DNA of 64,000 nucleotides from Acidimicrobiia bacterium (GCA_030066875.1 JASJAS010000002.1:212-64211); one strand, 5' to 3'. Counted from the stretch's first letter, positions 19,073 through 28,254 are shown. A program made the numbers and translations. Notes: generated by a model from the letters alone, not told the origin.

Positions 19073-19097
19073 GTGCAACAAAAGCTTTGGGTTGCAC
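19073..19097. promoter_or_regulatory. Candidate operator palindrome in the divergent transporter/ROK intergenic region.
   Basis: GTGCAAC-N11-GTTGCAC has 7-bp perfect arms and an internal AAAGCTTT palindrome. It lies between the SBP gene and the ROK regulator gene. Confidence 0.35.
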
Positions 19098-19182
19098 GGA
19101 AAGCTAGCGTAGGATCTCCACCTGCAGGCTTGGGCACGGCTGTGGGGATATAGTGGGGTTTCCAACAAATCAAGGAGACAGG

Positions 19183-20415
19183 TTGGGTCGCGGCAACGGA
19201 AAGCTCGGACAATCGGCCGGTTCCATGCGCGGTGTGGCGGCCGATGAGCTGCGTCGTCACAACCTCGGTGCGGTGCTCGACCACCTGCATCTGGCCGGTC
19301 CGGTGACTAGATCACAGCTCACCGTCGTCACGGGTCTCAACAGATCAACCGTGGCAGATCTAATCGGTGAGCTCGCCGCCCTCGGTTTGGTGACCGAAGG
19401 GCCGGCGACCGTTGCCAACGGCCCGGGACGTCCGTCACCGGTTGTCGATGTTCGACCTCATGGCGCCGTCGTCTTAGCAGTCGAGATCTCGGTCGACTCG
19501 CTCGCAGTCGCCACAGTCGGCATCGGTGGGCACGTCTTCAACCAGGTTCGGGTTGCTCGCCATCGCGGCCACTTCCGTCCCGACCAGACCATCGCGGACA
19601 TAGGACAGCTGTCGGCGCCGCTGCTCGATGCCCTGCCGGAAGGGAGTCATGTGCTGGGAGCAGCAGCGGCGATCGTCGGGATCGCCCGCCGCAGCGACGG
19701 TTTCGTTCACTTTGGACCCAATCTCGGCTGGCGGGATGTTCCGTTGGGCGACATGCTGGCCACCGGGCTGGGGCTGCCGGCGCCTGTGGCCGTTGCCAAC
19801 GACGCAGACCTGGGTGCACTCGGGGAGTTTCGACGGGGAGGTCGGCCAGATGTCGAGCATCTCGTCTACATATCCGGTGAGGTTGGGATCGGTTGCGGCG
19901 TGATTGCCGGGGGGAGCCCCCTGCTCGGCTCCGCTGGATACGCCGGTGAGGCCGGACACAACCTCGTGAATCCGAACGGAACCGAATGTGGATGCGGGGC
20001 CACTGGCTGCTGGGAGACCGAAGCCGGCGAGAAGGCTCTGCTGGCGCGGGCCGGTCTCGCCGGCGAAGCCGTCGGCCTCGAGGCCCTCGACCTTCTGGAA
20101 GACCGCACCATCGCCGGTGACAGGCAAGCGCTCGAAGCAATGGAGGAGACTGGTCATTGGCTCGGCATCGGCATTCGAACGTTGATAAACCTGTTCAACC
20201 CGGAAGTCGTTGTTCTCGGCGGCATGTACCACCGCTTCTTCGACCACCTGATCGATTCCGCAATCCGCAGCACCAGTGGAGCGGTTGACGTCTCCCGCAG
20301 CATGGCAGAGATCAGCCGGAGCAACATTGGCTTAGGAGCACCGTTGATCGGCGCTGCTGAACTGGTGTTGGCGGGTGTAATCGATGACCCGGCGGCCGTG
20401 CTGCACTCTGGCTGA
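19183..20415 (+). CDS. ROK-family transcriptional regulator (XylR/NagC-like).
   Basis: N-terminal wHTH 'RSQLTVVTGLNRSTVADLIGEL', ROK sugar-kinase fold and Zn motif 'CGCGATGCWE'. The start is uncertain: TTG 19183 sits 5 nt after AAGGAG, with GTG 19153 and ATG 19225 as alternatives. Confidence 0.8.
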   Translation: MGRGNGKLGQSAGSMRGVAADELRRHNLGAVLDHLHLAGPVTRSQLTVVTGLNRSTVADLIGELAALGLVTEGPATVANGPGRPSPVVDVRPHGAVVLAVEISVDSLAVATVGIGGHVFNQVRVARHRGHFRPDQTIADIGQLSAPLLDALPEGSHVLGAAAAIVGIARRSDGFVHFGPNLGWRDVPLGDMLATGLGLPAPVAVANDADLGALGEFRRGGRPDVEHLVYISGEVGIGCGVIAGGSPLLGSAGYAGEAGHNLVNPNGTECGCGATGCWETEAGEKALLARAGLAGEAVGLEALDLLEDRTIAGDRQALEAMEETGHWLGIGIRTLINLFNPEVVVLGGMYHRFFDHLIDSAIRSTSGAVDVSRSMAEISRSNIGLGAPLIGAAELVLAGVIDDPAAVLHSG

Positions 20416-20444
20416 CTGACGCCGAAACCCCACGCGCAACTACG

Positions 20445-22325
20445 ATGGGAAATCTAATGCCGACCGGCAAAACCAAGGGGTTCTTGATCGGAGCGGGCGC
20501 GCTCGGTGTGCTCGCCGTGCTCGCAGCCGGACTGCTTATGACGCGGGCGGATTCCTCGTCCTGTGAGGCCTCGGTCGATCACCCTGATTGGTCGGTGGCC
20601 CGTCGCTGGGATGAAGCGGCGCTGAACGCGGTGCGACGCGATCTCCCGGCTCCCACCGTCCACGCCCGCAACCTCTTTCACATGTCCTCGGCCATGTGGG
20701 ACGCCTGGGCCGCATTCGAACCCGCCGCCAGTGGTTACTTCGTCACCGAGGACCACAGCTCCGACGACGTTACAGCAGCCAGGGCGGAGGCAATCAGCTA
20801 CGCGGCCTACCGGATACTCGAGCACCGCTACCTCGACGCCGCCGGTGGCTCTGACTCGATCCCGGAGTTCGATTCCCTGATGGAATCGATGTGCTACCCG
20901 ATTGACGTCACGACCACTGAAGGCGACAGTCCGGCGGCTCTGGGGAATCGAATCGCTGCAATGATCATCGAACTCGGGTTGGTTGATGGCTCTCGGGAAT
21001 CCGATCGCTACGTTGACGATTCCTATGCTCCCGTGAACGACGCCCTCACCGTTGCCGCGTCGGGCACCGCAATGATCGACCCCAACCGTTGGCAGCCGCT
21101 GCAGATCGAGAACATGATCTCGCAAAACGGTATCCCTGTCGTCGATGGCATCCAGGAGTTCATCGGTCCACACTGGGGTCATGTAACCGGGTTTGCTTTG
21201 CCCGCCGATGCGGGTGACGGGCTGCCGCTCGACCCCGGTCCGCCCCCGTTGCTGGGCAATCCGGCCACCGATCAGGAGTTCAAGGATGCTGCGGTCGAGG
21301 TGGTTCGCTTCAGCAGTTTGCTCGATCCTGCCGCCGACGTCGTTGTCGATATCTCGCCGGCAACTCTGGGCGACAACGCCCTTGGAGTCAACGACGGAAC
21401 CGGCCATGTGCAGAACCCGGTGACCGGTCAGCCCTATGCGCCCAACCTCGTCAACGAAGCCGACTTTGGCAGGGCGGTCGCCGAGTTCTGGGCGGACGGA
21501 CCCAATTCGGAGACTCCGCCGGGGCATTGGAACACTCTGGCCAACGAGGTCTCCGACCAGCTCACTGAACTCCGGATTGGCGGCACCGGCCCGGTGGTCG
21601 ACCGACTCGAGTGGGACGTGAAGCTGTATTTCGTTCTCAACGGGGCGAACCACGATGCCGCCATCGCTGCCTGGGGAGCCAAGGGCTACTACGACTATGT
21701 GCGACCCATTTCGATGATCCGCTACATGGGTGGTCTCGGACAGTCGAGCAACCCGGATGGAGAGGCGTATCACCCCGACGGGCTCGTGCTGGCACCCGGC
21801 TTGGTCGAGGTGATCACCGTAGAGACGACGGCCACCGGAGGACCGCATGAGCACCTTGCCGGGCACGAAGGCGAGATAGCGGTGCTGGCATGGACGGGCA
21901 CCCCGGAAGAACCCGAAGTCCAAATCGGCGGAGTGGCGTGGGTGAGGGCAGTCGACTGGGTCCCGTACCAGCTGCCGACGTTCGTGACGCCGTCCTTCGC
22001 AGCGTATGTGTCTGGTCACAGCACGTTCAGTCGAGCCTCCGCGGAGGTGCTCGCCGGGTTCACCGGCAGCGAGTTCTTCCCATCGGGTTTGGGAAGCTGG
22101 ACTATCCCCCAGGACTCGTTCGAATTCGAGGCCGGTCCGGCGACCGATGTCGTGTTGCAGTGGGGCACCTACTACGACGCTGCCGACCAAGCCGGGCTTT
22201 CCCGCCTGTACGGCGGGATCCACGTGAGCGCCGACGACCTGAAGGGTCGCCTACTCGGTGCGGAGATTGGCCAGACGGCATGGTCGCTGGCTCAGGTGCA
22301 CTTCGGGCGGCCGGGGAATGGCTGA
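20445..22325 (+). CDS. Secreted or membrane-anchored PAP2-superfamily protein (vanadium haloperoxidase / acid phosphatase-like).
   Basis: N-terminal TM/signal 'FLIGAGALGVLAVLAAGLLM'. All three PAP2 motifs are present: KX6RP ('KGYYDYVRP'), SGH ('YVSGHSTF') and SRX5HX3D ('SRLYGGIHVSAD'). Confidence 0.75.
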   Translation: MGNLMPTGKTKGFLIGAGALGVLAVLAAGLLMTRADSSSCEASVDHPDWSVARRWDEAALNAVRRDLPAPTVHARNLFHMSSAMWDAWAAFEPAASGYFVTEDHSSDDVTAARAEAISYAAYRILEHRYLDAAGGSDSIPEFDSLMESMCYPIDVTTTEGDSPAALGNRIAAMIIELGLVDGSRESDRYVDDSYAPVNDALTVAASGTAMIDPNRWQPLQIENMISQNGIPVVDGIQEFIGPHWGHVTGFALPADAGDGLPLDPGPPPLLGNPATDQEFKDAAVEVVRFSSLLDPAADVVVDISPATLGDNALGVNDGTGHVQNPVTGQPYAPNLVNEADFGRAVAEFWADGPNSETPPGHWNTLANEVSDQLTELRIGGTGPVVDRLEWDVKLYFVLNGANHDAAIAAWGAKGYYDYVRPISMIRYMGGLGQSSNPDGEAYHPDGLVLAPGLVEVITVETTATGGPHEHLAGHEGEIAVLAWTGTPEEPEVQIGGVAWVRAVDWVPYQLPTFVTPSFAAYVSGHSTFSRASAEVLAGFTGSEFFPSGLGSWTIPQDSFEFEAGPATDVVLQWGTYYDAADQAGLSRLYGGIHVSADDLKGRLLGAEIGQTAWSLAQVHFGRPGNG

Positions 22326-23955
22326 TGTTCCGACCCCCGGCAAGCGTTTCTGGATGTGGTTGGGGCTTGGGGCACTCGTTGTAGTCGCCGGTGGTTTCCT
22401 TCTCGCCAGTAGAGGCGGTCCGGTCACGCCGACCGAGGCATTGCCGCCCCCTGTGTTCGTCGACGACACCGCATCGTCGGGAATCGTTCACGTGTACGAC
22501 GGTGATTTCGAGTTCTTTGTCGGCGGCGGGGTTGCGGTCTTCGATTGCGATGGCGATGGTCGCCAAGACCTCTACCTAGCGGGTGGGGCGAATCCTGCCG
22601 CGCTGTACCAGAACCGGAGCCAGACGGGCGGGAGCCTGAGGTTTGCAGCCATCGACAGTGCCCATACCGATCTCACAGACGTCACCGGCGCCTACCCACT
22701 CGATGTGGACTCGGACGGCCATTTAGACCTGGCGGTGCTTCGTGTCGGGGAGAACGTCATGCTGCGCGGTCTCGGCGGTTGCCGTTTCCAGCGCGCCAAC
22801 GAACTCTGGGGTGTCGACGGGGGGAACGACTGGACCGCCGCGTTCAGTGCCAAGTGGGAGGGAAGCAACACGTTGCCGACCCTTGCATTCGGCAACTACC
22901 TCGAGTGGCCCGTGGACCGCGAGCAAGTGGCCCAATGTGCCGACAATGTGCTGCATCGCCCGCAGGGGAGCGCCTACGGTGAGGCAACCGTCTTGTCTCC
23001 CGGCTGGTGCACGCTGTCAGTGCTGTTTGCCGACTGGGATCGCTCTGGGCGCGGGGACCTGCGGATCGCCAACGATCGCCACTACTACCGGGATGGTTCC
23101 GAGCAGTTGTGGCGAGTTGCGGCCGGCGAGGCACCCCGGTTGTACACGGAGGCCGAGGGCTGGGAGGAGATTCAGATCTGGGGGATGGGCATTGCCAGCC
23201 AGGACGTCACCGGCGATGAATACCCGGAGTTCTTTATCACCAGCCAGGGGGACAACAAGCTGCGTACCCTCGAGAACGGGCCGGATCAGCCGACATACGA
23301 TGACATCGCGATCCGGCGGGGTGTGACCGCCCACCGGCCCTTCACCGGTGACGACGTATTGCCGTCGACGGCGTGGCATCCGGAGTTCCAGGATGTCAAC
23401 AATGACGGATTCCTCGACCTCTTCGTTACCAAGGGCAATGTCGAGGCGATGCCGGAATACGCCATGGCCGACCCCAACAATCTCCTACTCGGCCAACCCG
23501 ACGGCACGTTCGAGGAAGGTGCCGGGAGTGCGGGCGTCGCCAGCTTTGCCCGTAGCCGTGGGGCGGCTCTTGCCGACCTCAACCTCGATGGCCTGCTAGA
23601 TCTGGTTGTAGTGAACCGAACCGAGAACGTTCACGTGTTCCGTAACGGCGGTGATGCCGGCAACTGGATAGCGCTGCAACTGACGCAGCCCGGTCACAAC
23701 CGGCACGCCATCGGAGCTTGGGTCGCCGTGGAGATCGGTGACCACGTCGTCTCTCGCGAGGTGAGCGTGGGGGGAGGCCACGCTGGCGACCAGACTGGGT
23801 GGATCCATCTTGGCCTCGGCAAGTCGGACGTCGCCACCGTTCGCGTGACCTGGCCGCAGGGCGAATCGACAACGGCCCATGATGTCCCAGCCGGAACCTT
23901 CCTCGTGCTCGATCGTCTGGCGGCGCCCGAGTATTGGGAACCCCCGTCGCCGTGA
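22318..23955 (+). CDS. CRTAC1-family protein (FG-GAP/VCBS repeats plus an ASPIC/UnbV-like C-terminus).
   Basis: ATG 22318 overlaps the upstream stop (ATGGCTGA). TM anchor 'FWMWLGLGALVVVAGGFLLA'. Repeats 'FDCDGDGRQDLYL', 'DVDSDGHLDL', 'DVNNDGFLDLF' and 'DLNLDGLLDLVV'. Confidence 0.75.
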   Translation: MADVPTPGKRFWMWLGLGALVVVAGGFLLASRGGPVTPTEALPPPVFVDDTASSGIVHVYDGDFEFFVGGGVAVFDCDGDGRQDLYLAGGANPAALYQNRSQTGGSLRFAAIDSAHTDLTDVTGAYPLDVDSDGHLDLAVLRVGENVMLRGLGGCRFQRANELWGVDGGNDWTAAFSAKWEGSNTLPTLAFGNYLEWPVDREQVAQCADNVLHRPQGSAYGEATVLSPGWCTLSVLFADWDRSGRGDLRIANDRHYYRDGSEQLWRVAAGEAPRLYTEAEGWEEIQIWGMGIASQDVTGDEYPEFFITSQGDNKLRTLENGPDQPTYDDIAIRRGVTAHRPFTGDDVLPSTAWHPEFQDVNNDGFLDLFVTKGNVEAMPEYAMADPNNLLLGQPDGTFEEGAGSAGVASFARSRGAALADLNLDGLLDLVVVNRTENVHVFRNGGDAGNWIALQLTQPGHNRHAIGAWVAVEIGDHVVSREVSVGGGHAGDQTGWIHLGLGKSDVATVRVTWPQGESTTAHDVPAGTFLVLDRLAAPEYWEPPSP

Positions 23956-23965
23956 GGAGGCAGCG

Positions 23966-25339
23966 ATGAGCGAACCACGTCTCGAACAGGTCACGCTTCC
24001 CGAGTTCGGGATGCCCGACGCCATGCCGGAGATCCCAGCAGCCGTCTACCGGCATCGGCTGCGGCAGCTACAAGACAGGATGGTGGCCGCCGGCTACGAC
24101 CGAGTGCTGGTCTTCGCAGATCGAGAGCACAGCGCCAGCATGTCCTATCTCACCGGGTTTGATCCCCGATTCGAGGAGGCGATGCTGATTGTGGCCCCTG
24201 AGGGCCCGCCGCTCTCCCTCGTCGGCAACGAATGTGTGGGGATGGCCGAAGCTGCTCCGCTCGATATGCGGGTCGAGCTGTTTCAGGACTTCAGTCTGCC
24301 CAGCCAGAGCCGCGACCGCTCCCGGCCGCTCTCTGAGATCCTTGGGAGCGAAGGCGTGGCGGTGGGAAGCAATCTGGGTGTGGTCGGCTGGAAGACCTAT
24401 TCGACCCCGACCATGCTCGACGGTCCCGCTTATCTCATCGATGAGTTGCGGTCGATCACAGGGGATGCCGCGCTGGTACGCAACGCGACCGGCCTCCTCA
24501 TCGACGCCGGTGATGGCTTGCGTGTCATCAACGAGGTCGAGCAGCTGGCCTTCTTCGAGTGGGCCGCTTGCCAGACTTCCCAAGGTGTCCGCAATCTCTT
24601 GACCGGACTCGTGCCGGGGATGACCGAGCGGGAAGCCGTGCGGCTGCTGCAATGGAACGGGATGCCGCTGTCGTGCCACCTCATGCTCACGGCGGGGGAG
24701 CGGGCCACCCTCGGATTGCTCAGTCCAGGTGATCGGCCCATCGCTCGCGGGGACCGGTTCACGGTGGCGTTTGGGATCTGGGGAGCCCTCAACTGTCGCG
24801 CCGGTTGGGTCGTCGAGTCGGCCGATGAGTTGCCGCCGGAAATCGCGGACTACGTCGACAGGCTCGTCGCACCGTACTTCGCAGCCATCGCGGAGTGGTA
24901 CGAGGCAATGCACATCGGGCAGAAGGGTGGGGTCCTCTTCGAGATCATCGCCCGCCATCTCGGTGACCCGTTCTTCGGGATTTTCCTCAACCCCGGTCAC
25001 CAGATCCATCTCGAGGAATGGGTGAACTCTCCGATCTCTGCCCATTCTGAGATCGAGATGCGTTCGGGGATGGCCTTTCAGGTCGACGTGATTCCGGCCA
25101 CAGGTACGCCCTACTTCACGACGAACATCGAGGACGGCATAGCCCTGGCCGATGCGGAACTACGCGACGAGTTCAGCCGGCGTTACCCCGACGCGTGGAA
25201 TCGAATCGTCGCCAGACGGGGTTTCATGCGGGAGGCGCTCGGCATCGACCTGCACCCCGACGTACTGCTCTTCTCCAACATCCCCGCCTACCTGCCCCCC
25301 TTCCTCCTCCGCCCTGATCATGTCATGACGCTTGCTTGA
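23966..25339 (+). CDS. M24-fold protein (creatinase / Xaa-Pro aminopeptidase-like).
   Basis: ATG 23966 follows a GAGGAGG RBS. The N-terminal creatinase/prolidase-like domain and C-terminal pita-bread-like 'GHQIHLEEW' are present. The usual Asp metal ligands are not evident ('FTVAFGIWGALNCRAG'). Confidence 0.55.
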   Translation: MSEPRLEQVTLPEFGMPDAMPEIPAAVYRHRLRQLQDRMVAAGYDRVLVFADREHSASMSYLTGFDPRFEEAMLIVAPEGPPLSLVGNECVGMAEAAPLDMRVELFQDFSLPSQSRDRSRPLSEILGSEGVAVGSNLGVVGWKTYSTPTMLDGPAYLIDELRSITGDAALVRNATGLLIDAGDGLRVINEVEQLAFFEWAACQTSQGVRNLLTGLVPGMTEREAVRLLQWNGMPLSCHLMLTAGERATLGLLSPGDRPIARGDRFTVAFGIWGALNCRAGWVVESADELPPEIADYVDRLVAPYFAAIAEWYEAMHIGQKGGVLFEIIARHLGDPFFGIFLNPGHQIHLEEWVNSPISAHSEIEMRSGMAFQVDVIPATGTPYFTTNIEDGIALADAELRDEFSRRYPDAWNRIVARRGFMREALGIDLHPDVLLFSNIPAYLPPFLLRPDHVMTLA

Positions 25340-25364
25340 GGTAGCCGGGTCGGCAGTCGGGTGT

Positions 25365-25403
25365 GGAGTTCGGTTGCCTCGAACTCCGAGCTGCTTTAGC
25401 AGC
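25365..25403. terminator. Two small hairpins between the convergent M24 and DUF3179 genes.
   Basis: GGAGTTCG-gttgcct-CGAACTCC (25365..25387) and GCTGC-ttta-GCAGC (25390..25403). Confidence 0.4.
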
Positions 25404-25408
25404 CAGCC

Positions 25409-26512
25409 TCAGTCGTCCAACGGCCAGAGCCGTCCGTCGGGGAAGAAGGTGAAGTAGTCACGGGGAAATGAGGTGAAGGCGGCCAGCTTGTCGAGTGATT
25501 CACCGTCACTCCCGGCGCCGGTGAAAGGATCGAATACTGCACCCGATGCAGCATCGACCAGACCATCGTCGACAATCTCGAGTTGCACCACGGTGCTGTC
25601 CAGCCTCCGGCTGAATACCGCCCAACGTTCCGGGTCTCTCGGGTCGATCGCCACTGCGATCTCCACTCCTGCGATCACATCGTTGACGACGCCCTCGCGA
25701 CGCAGCGCAGGTACGTCGTAGGCGGCAGATTCGGTGCCCAGGTCGACAACTATCGCCATGTCTTTGAGGTCGAATGCGGTTGCCCAGCCGGGGGCGTCGA
25801 GGGCCAGCGTGTTGGGGTGGGCCGTCTGCCACGCCTCCCAAGTGGTCAGCGCCGACGGCAGCAGCGTGAGGGTGCTTCCTGTCAGCGGTCCCAAGATGGC
25901 TTCACCCAGTGGCTGACTCCAGATTGATCCGGTTTCGTGATCCCACCATGTCATCGCTTGGCCCCACAGCGCTCCCTGGTTGCCCAGCACGATCGCTTCT
26001 CCGTTCAAATCGCGGCGATGGACCATCGCCGTGGCGCAGATCGGTCACCAGGTGACCAGAACCGGGATTCCCTCCAGCGAATCGATCACCATCTCGCGTT
26101 GGTTGAGATGCGTCACCGGGTAGGCCTTGGCGGTCTCGGCTCCGGCGAGTCCGATGACGAGGCTGTCCTCCGGCCAGTCGACTTGGTCCGGTGTGGTGAA
26201 CTCAGGGTTGTAGATGGGAGCGATCTGGTCGCGGTCGAGCAGCTGGCGGTATCCCTCGGGAAGAGGCTCGCCGGCAAGAACCGGGTCGTAGACCGCCCCG
26301 GGATCGACCGGCTCGACGGTTGATTCCGCAGGGTCGGCGGGCTCGACGGTTGATCCCGCCGTGTTGGCCGGCTCAACAGCTGACGTCGGGGGCTCGGTTT
26401 CGGTAGGCCGGTCGACGACACTCTCCTGGGCCACCCCGGAGCAGGCGGCGGCCAATAGCGCAAGACCAATGCCGGCGATCGCTGTCCGGACCGAAGGTGC
26501 TCGCTGCCCCAT
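25409..26512 (-). CDS. DUF3179-family lipoprotein interrupted by a single in-frame TGA (26047..26045). It is either a candidate selenoprotein or a nonsense pseudogene.
   Basis: ORFs 26045..26512 and 25409..26026 are in the same frame, separated by TGA plus 6 sense codons. Lipobox 'LALLAAAC|SG'. The sequence reads 'IPVLVTW-TGA-PICATAMVHRRDLNGE...GSIWSQP', which resembles the DUF3179 hallmark region. Confidence 0.6.
26013..26031 (-). other. SECIS-like stem-loop 13 nt downstream of the in-frame UGA.
   Basis: The mRNA reads CGGCGAU-GGUCC-AUCGCCG: a perfect 7-bp stem and a 5-nt loop containing GGUC. Confidence 0.35.
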
Positions 26513-26621
26513 ACAGCCTCAACATTCCAGTCCGCCAGCCTGTTCCAACTTGTCGCCATTCCGACTCTCTAATCGGCTGGCGCACGTCGACCTACTCGAG
26601 CAATCGCCCGCGAGAACGGCG

Positions 26622-28217
26622 TCAGGTTGCCGTCGGTTCTGTCTCCTTGGTTCTCTTGCCGTAGAGCAAGTCGTGGAGGAGGGCACCGATGAGGACGGCG
26701 ACACCCGTGAACACTGCAGTTCCGATGAGGACGATGACTATCGACACCGTGGTCCGTAGCGCCGATGCCATTGCTGTGATGTCGAGCAATTCGGCGATTC
26801 CCCAGGAGACTCCGAAGGCGGCCAGGCCCCCGATTGCAGCCAGTGGCACAGCCCTTCCCAACTCGGTCGCGAGAGCGGTGATGCGTCGAGCTCCGTCCCC
26901 TTCGCCGTACCAGACGGCAGCCAGAATCGCGGTGTAGATGCCTAGCGCGAGCGTCGATGCCAGGGCCACCCCCCGTATGCCAAAGCCATCCTGCAATATC
27001 ACGTACAGGGGCACCGCGGCGACTGTGGCGGCGGTGCCGACGATCACCGGCGTCCACATTTCTCGGCGGGCATAGAAGGCCCGATTGAGTATCTGGAGGC
27101 CGCCCCAAACCGGAATCGCGAACGCGTAGAAGAAGAGCGCTTGTGCGGTACCAATCGTGCTCTCCGGGGTGAACTCACCGCGTTCGAAGAGCGCCCTGAC
27201 GATGGGAACCGTCATCGCGGCGACTAGAGCGGCGGCCGCCAGCGATGGAATGATCACCCACCGCAACGCTTTGTCGACCGCAAGCCGCATCTCGTGTCGG
27301 CGACCCTCGGCAAAGAGTCGCGCAAGGAACGGGTAAGCCGCCACCCCGACAGCCTGAGCGATAACACCAACCGGAACCAGCATCGTGCGTCTGGCGTAGT
27401 TCAGCTCCGTAGCGGCCCCTTCGCTGACGAACTGGCCGAAGACCCGCATGAAGGTCTCGTCCAGTACAACGATCGACTGGCCGATCATCAACGGGAACGC
27501 AATCATCAGGTATTCCTTGAGAACCGGTTGCCGCCATGGGAGGCGCAGGCTGAGACGCATTCCCACCCGCCGTGCTCCCCACCACTGCAGAGCGAAGTTG
27601 CCTATGAACGCGCCGATTAGCGCTCCCCACACGAACCCTTCGGGGCTGGCATCCGTGACGACCGCCCACCCGATTCCCCCGGCGATGATCCCGAGGTTGT
27701 AGATGATTGGCGCAAGCGTCGGAATCGTGAATACGCCCTTGGTGTATTGCACGGCAGTGAACAGGGCTCCGAGCACAAAGAAGACCTGGGCGGGGAGAAT
27801 GATCCTGGTGAAGCGGACGGTGTTTTCGATCTGCTCAGGGCTGAATCGAGGGAACAGGAGATCGATGATGTGAGGCGCAGCCACCCAGCCGACTGCGACG
27901 AGCCCAACGATGCCGACTGCGATCGGTCTAATGATGGCACTGAGTGCTTCCCAACCGCCGCCCTCGTCATCTTCGGCGAGGAAGCGGGAGAAGATCGGGA
28001 TGAACGTGATCGACAGGAACCCCCCGGCCAGCAGATAGTTCAAGAAGTCGGGAATGGCGAAAGCCGCGACGTATTCGTCGGTGGAAGCGGTGGCTCCTAG
28101 CAGCGAGGCGAAAACGATCTCGCGCAACTGTCCAAGAATGCGGGAGATGAGCACACCGGCTGAGACGATCAACGCCGCCGTCCCCATACGCCTGCCAAGC
28201 GAGGTGGTTGTGCTCAC
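26622..28217 (-). CDS. murJ: Lipid II flippase MurJ (MviN).
   Basis: 531-aa polytopic MOP-superfamily protein. The N-terminus 'VSAGVLISRILGQLREIVFASLLGA' is typical of MurJ. Confidence 0.85.
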   Translation of the reverse strand: MSTTTSLGRRMGTAALIVSAGVLISRILGQLREIVFASLLGATASTDEYVAAFAIPDFLNYLLAGGFLSITFIPIFSRFLAEDDEGGGWEALSAIIRPIAVGIVGLVAVGWVAAPHIIDLLFPRFSPEQIENTVRFTRIILPAQVFFVLGALFTAVQYTKGVFTIPTLAPIIYNLGIIAGGIGWAVVTDASPEGFVWGALIGAFIGNFALQWWGARRVGMRLSLRLPWRQPVLKEYLMIAFPLMIGQSIVVLDETFMRVFGQFVSEGAATELNYARRTMLVPVGVIAQAVGVAAYPFLARLFAEGRRHEMRLAVDKALRWVIIPSLAAAALVAAMTVPIVRALFERGEFTPESTIGTAQALFFYAFAIPVWGGLQILNRAFYARREMWTPVIVGTAATVAAVPLYVILQDGFGIRGVALASTLALGIYTAILAAVWYGEGDGARRITALATELGRAVPLAAIGGLAAFGVSWGIAELLDITAMASALRTTVSIVIVLIGTAVFTGVAVLIGALLHDLLYGKRTKETEPTAT

Positions 28218-28254
28218 GGCTGCAAGGTAGCGGTTGAGCCGCCTTTTGCGGGGA

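Noticed and set aside
20454-22223. A 589-aa minus-strand ORF covering almost the whole PAP2-like gene.
   Set aside because: It is antisense to a gene with clear family motifs. Its translation is Arg/Gly/His-rich with no recognisable domain, signal peptide or RBS. This is a typical shadow ORF of GC3-rich coding DNA.
26013-26050. Programmed frameshift or two independent genes as the explanation for the split DUF3179 ORFs.
   Set aside because: A frameshift is excluded because both parts are in the same frame and are separated by a single TGA. Two independent genes are unlikely because the break falls inside the conserved CPxC segment of one domain. A nonsense pseudogene remains a live alternative and is stated in the finding.
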